NCBI GenBank assembly: GCA_016748015.1
Contig: JAAOMT010000212.1
Coordinates: forward strand, 4,605 to 33,679
Reading direction: 5' to 3'
From: Geosiphon pyriformis uo1
Lineage: Eukaryota; Fungi; Glomeromycota
DNA length: 29,075 nt
The notes beneath the pieces were generated by a model. The model saw only the letters and a program-made list of their open reading frames with translations. It made no database searches and was not told the DNA's origin. Of the stretch, positions 24,670-29,075 are shown piece by piece. The translations under genes were made by a program, and so were the position numbers. Each line of letters opens with the position of its first letter. Position 1 is the stretch's first letter.

Positions 24670-24808
24670 TCTTATTTATTTTTGTTATAAAAAAACTATA
24701 CAAGTATTTTTAAATTTTTTTGTTAACAAAAAGTTTTTTTAAGTTTAATTTTAAAAAAACATATTTAAATATTAAATTTTTTGTCAATTTAATATTAAAA
24801 AAAAATTT
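24670..24808 (+). mobile_element. Short LINE RT C-terminal fragment in opposite orientation to the adjacent minus-strand LINE
   Basis: Reads approximately LYKYF*IFLLTKSFFKFNFKKTYLNIKFFVNLILKK (decayed (K/R)YLG motif region). Its last ~40 nt are homologous to the start of the minus copy (LDIRFFLNLVFKK, 24669-24630). Confidence 0.6.
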
Positions 24809-24919
24809 TCTCTTATTAATTCTCTAATCACAATAAGAGTAAATAATTTATTAAAATTATAGCTTTTTTTTCTCTTCTTTTTGTTTTTCTTAGTTATTTC
24901 TTCAAATACATCTCTATTT

Positions 24920-26755
24920 ATAGCAATAAAACCAGTAGATTTTTTTGTTAATGGTTTTGACTTTGGTTTAACTAAATTAGAAATCCATTCTAATACCAAG
25001 AAAAAGCATGTAAAAAGTATCTACTTTTGTAATATATTATATAAAAGCCAAAAAAACCTGAAGCTAATAGCAATATAGTTGACTTATCTGTTAGATTTTT
25101 AAGTTTAATAGATATTAGAGCTTTTATTAAAAAAATCTATACTGTTTTGAAGTAGCAAGATTGGTAGTATAACTAGTAATATAAATAGTCTTTCTAATGT
25201 AAAAAATATGAAAAATATGTTTGTTAAGAATAAAACAATGTCTAGAAAAACTTATACTCAAACATATGTGTTAAGACACTTACTGAAAGTTATGATATAT
25301 AATAATATAAGTAATAAGAATAATATTTTGATGCTTTTTTTTCTCAAGTTTGTTGACTTGATGCTATTGGTTAGATTATGTATCTTAAAAAACATAGTTT
25401 TGAGCCAATTAAATTTTTTATATTAAATATTAAACTGTCTGTTATGTTTAGCAAAACCAATTATAATAAGTTGATTACTGTAAAAAAAAATTTTTATTAT
25501 ATTGATGGTTTTGAGAAAGTCTTTATTCCCTTAAAAATTTTTTAGATAATTAAATTTTCTTTTATATCTGAGTTAAATTTGAAAAAGACAAGGAATTTGG
25601 CTATCAATAAAAAAATTCTAATTAATAATAATATAAAAAAACAAATAACTATATAAATTGGGAAATAATTGTTAAGAAGATTCTAGTAAATTTTTTTAAA
25701 TCAGTAGTGAAAACAGTTTTTTTCAAATTTGACAAAATTACTTTAATTAAAATACAGTTAATTGGTTTTTGGCAAAAGCCTTAGTTGAGTTTAAGTTAAC
25801 AAATATCATCTGTTTGGTCATTTCTAAATAGTTTGTTTTCATGAAAAAAAATTCTGTACATGTAACTTTGGCAATTAATAATAAACAGTTATAAATATCC
25901 AAAAATTTTCATCAGATATTGTTATATACTTTGTCAATTAACACTATTGCCCATAATTTTTCTGATTTGTTGGAATTGTATGATAAAAAAACTTGTTATA
26001 TTAGCCATAATTTAAGTTCATATATACATAATAAATATATTATAATTTAGTTTACTAATAAAACAACCAAAATAATTGTCATTGGCTTTACTCCAGTTTT
26101 CAAAGATGTAAATTTGCATTGAACTGGTCTTTTTTTGGTTTATTGTGCTCTGTGTAAACAATTTGGTCATGTTTCTAATATGTGTTCAATAGATAGAAAT
26201 TTTGGGATTCATGGTAAATAAATAGTTACTTCTTAGGATAAAATTTGTTTAACTAATATATAATAAAAAAAACAGGCTCCAATTGCTCATTCAGTGTTTT
26301 TTGATAAAAAAACTTGGGCTCAAATTGTTAATAATTCTACTTTTTGTATAGTGCCTTTGGTTTTTTCTAATACTAGTTTATTTTCAAATATTAAACCTAT
26401 TCTGCTGATTTCTTTGAAAATTAATAATAGGTTTGCTGCTCTTGAATACAGTTTTATTAGTCTTATAGAATAGATTAATAAACTAGCTAAGAGATTGGAT
26501 ACACTTGGATCAATAGTTTTCTAGCCTAACCTTAAATGTTAACTATTAATAATCCTTTTATCACAGAATTAAAAAGTAAATATAGTGATAAGTAAAAATT
26601 CAAGTATGGTTACTAGTGATGGAACTGTTGTAAAAGTGATGGTTTTTGATCAATTATTTATTTTGAAGTTGGAAAAAAATATAAACAATCTGTCAGCTAT
26701 AGTTATAAACTTAATAACTAAGATAAACAATTATAATTTGGATGTAAAGAATCTC
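24920..26755 (+). pseudogene. LINE ORF1 (gag-like nucleic-acid-binding protein) relic
   Basis: Intact zinc knuckle CALCKQFGHVSNMC (Cx2Cx4Hx4C) at 26144-26185. An RRM-like stretch, KFDKITLIKIQLIGFWQKALVEF (~25725-25795), precedes it. Numerous stops; boundaries approximate. Confidence 0.78.
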
Positions 26756-26762
26756 TTTCTTA

Positions 26763-29075
26763 ATAAGAAACTTGGTATGAAAATTTGTTACTTGTAATAT
26801 TAGAAATATTAATATTCTTGCCAAGCAGGAAGACATTGTTTATTAACATGTGAATTTGAATAACATGATTTCTTTTATAATAGAAACAAAACTAAGATCT
26901 AGTATCAAGCCTTAAATTACAAATAAGTTTGAAGAGATACAAATTTTTACATCTGGTATAAAATAAAGTTTTCTCAGTATTGGAGTAGTTATTGTTATAA
27001 ATAATTTTTTGGCTTAATATGTTTCCAAAATAGAAAAAGTTTCAGGTCATATTGTTTTAATATGGCTTTTTTTCAAAAATAAGCTTTCAGTTATAATTTT
27101 GGGTTTATATGTTGGTGCTTCTGCTAAGACTAAGTTTGATCAAGCTTTAAGAGTTAACTTTCTTATTGTTAAAGCTGTTAACTCCAGCAATTTTGTGGTT
27201 TTAAATGGAAATTTCAATGAAAATAAGTTTGGAAAGAGTACAAATTTCAAGTTTTGTTTGGATTTGGGTTTGGTTAACTTATTTAGTAAACATTCATTAG
27301 TTAAAGCTTCAACTTAAAACAATTTAAAAGGTGTTGAAAAAGTTTTAAATTACATTTTATTAGTGAAAGCTTATCATTAGTAGTTGCTGATCATAAAATT
27401 GATTCTGTATTTACATTTTTTAACATTAATTACAAGACTGTTTTAGTGTTAATTGGTTTGAATGAACTCTTAAATGTTTGTTTAAATGACTTGTACAAAC
27501 AAGCTAACAAAGATTATTGGAAGTTTAAAATTAAAAATACAAATAGTACAAAATAGATATAATTTAAAAAATGCTTTTTTGTCAAGCTTTTGGTAATAGA
27601 AGATAAGTTTTCAGATGTTTAGACTCATGGTAATTTGGATGCTATGTGAATTTTGCTGAAGAAAATAATAATAAAGTTAACTGATAAAATATTTTTAAGA
27701 TATTAGTTTAGTAAATTTTAATGTTTAAAAAACAGACAGTTTTTTAAGTTTTTTGGGTTGAAATTGTTAATTGCCAAAATTGTTAAGAAGTTAAGCTTAG
27801 ATAATGTGCTTAAATTTAATTGTCTCATTAAAAAATAATCAACTTTGAATAAAAATAAAACTATCATAATTGTACATATAATTCAGAATAGTAAAAAGTT
27901 AATAAATATTATTAAACATTTGTTATTAGTTTGTAAGAAGTACAAAAGATCCAAAATATATAAGTTAAGAATAGCTAAAAAAGTATCTATCAAGAAGGTG
28001 ATTAAGAAATATATAGAAAATTTTAGTTTAAATAAAGATGATATAATTAGAAGCATTTTAAATCAGCTTTTTTATAAGATAGTTCTAAATTATTTAGTAA
28101 TAGATGGTAACTTGGTTTTGAAACTGAAGGAAGTAAAGTTCAATATCAATATAATTATGAAGAGTTAAATAAAAAAGCAAACTATATCTATGATAATGCC
28201 TAATCTTTGGGCTTGCCAATATGTACTATTAAATTACATGAAAGATGATACTTTTTCTGTTATAATAAGAGAAATCAGTATAAAAAAATTGCTTTTAGTG
28301 ATTAATAATCTGTTTAATAGTAAGACTGCTGGCTTGTTTGGCATTTCTAACAAACTTTAAAAGCATAGTGACAATAGGGTAACGGGGTGTCTTTTGGATT
28401 TGTTAAATGCATGTTTATTTATTAATAATATGCTTGTTTTGTGAAAAAAAACTTGGGTCTCAAGAGTTCCTAAACCTTATAATTGGGATTGGGTTTTTAG
28501 GAATATTTAATCTATTGCTTTAATTAAGACTACCAGAATTTTTTTTTCTAAGGTTCTATTTAATTGGATTTTGTTTGTATACAATAAATTTGGTGTTTTC
28601 TGTGATAATAATTTTTTGGTTTTGAAGAGTATATCTATTCAGTCTTCTGTGTTTGTTGTTTAATTAGTGATTGAAGATACTCTTAAAAAAATAGAAAACC
28701 TTGGTTGGTTTTATAGAATATATGTAAAACATATAACTTGGTTAGTTAGCATTATTTGAAGACTAGCTTATAACAAATCAAAATATATGATAAATTTATC
28801 AGATTTTTTAGCAGTATACACAAAAATAAGATCATTAGAGTGATGACTAATTTTGGTCTTTCTAGTAATTATAAAGTGTGCAATGAATTGAATTAGAGCA
28901 AAGTTTTCTTATCTCTTCTTTGAAAAATTTTTTATGATCTATTCTTGTATAAGATTAAAAGACATAAACAATTATGTAAATACTGAATTGATACTAAGTT
29001 TGTGACAAAAACTAACAGAATTAAAAACAGTAGTAGAATGTTCTTTTTTTTGCAGCTGGTATGTTTATTAATAAT
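26763..29075 (+). pseudogene. LINE ORF2 relic: apurinic/apyrimidinic-type endonuclease plus reverse transcriptase
   Basis: APE motifs: FVTCNIRNIN (xxNVRG), IETKL (ETK), VLNGNFNE (GDFN), VLNYI (IDYI), NINYK (TDH). RT motifs: KTAGLFGISNKL (KAxGxxG), VPKPY...I*SIALI (IPK...RPIaL), L*NICKTYNLV (DxxKAYDxV), N*SKVFLSLL (QGxxxSPLL). The catalytic FINN (FxDD) is at 29064-29075. Confidence 0.9.

Larger units (their letters stand above)
24810..29075 (+). mobile_element. Degenerate LINE retrotransposon, 5' end present (5'UTR, ORF1, ORF2 APE-RT), truncated by window end
   Basis: ORF1 with a CCHC knuckle is followed by ORF2 with endonuclease and RT motifs in canonical order (see the two pseudogene features below). 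Confidence 0.9.

Noticed and set aside
24810-29075. Alternative genetic code or organellar insertion explaining the in-frame stops
   Set aside because: All three stop types occur, catalytic residues are also destroyed, and neighbouring genes use the standard code.

Overview
Very AT-rich eukaryotic DNA with short GT-AG introns. The gene and transposon content looks like an early-diverging fungus, most plausibly Glomeromycotina (inference, not provable here). The left 17 kb holds two intact spliced genes. One is a 449-aa secreted, probably GPI-anchored HExxH zinc metalloprotease with a leishmanolysin/M8-like motif layout (minus strand, 5165-6789). The other is a 914-aa half-size ABCA transporter (plus strand, 13494-16619). 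The protease locus has been duplicated: its ~2.2-kb upstream region is repeated at the window start, implying a paralog just left of the window, and an inverted, intron-bearing pseudogene lies at ~9.5-10.4 kb. A Tc1/mariner relic precedes the ABCA gene. The right 12 kb is a transposon graveyard: an LTR-like segment, an unassignable AT-rich block, a 5'-truncated minus-strand RNase-H-bearing LINE split by a 786-bp solo LTR, and a plus-strand LINE (ORF1 CCHC, APE endonuclease, RT) running off the edge. These elements are almost CpG-free and heavily altered by C>T/G>A transitions, a RIP-like pattern. Gene models, alignments and counts were all done by eye.
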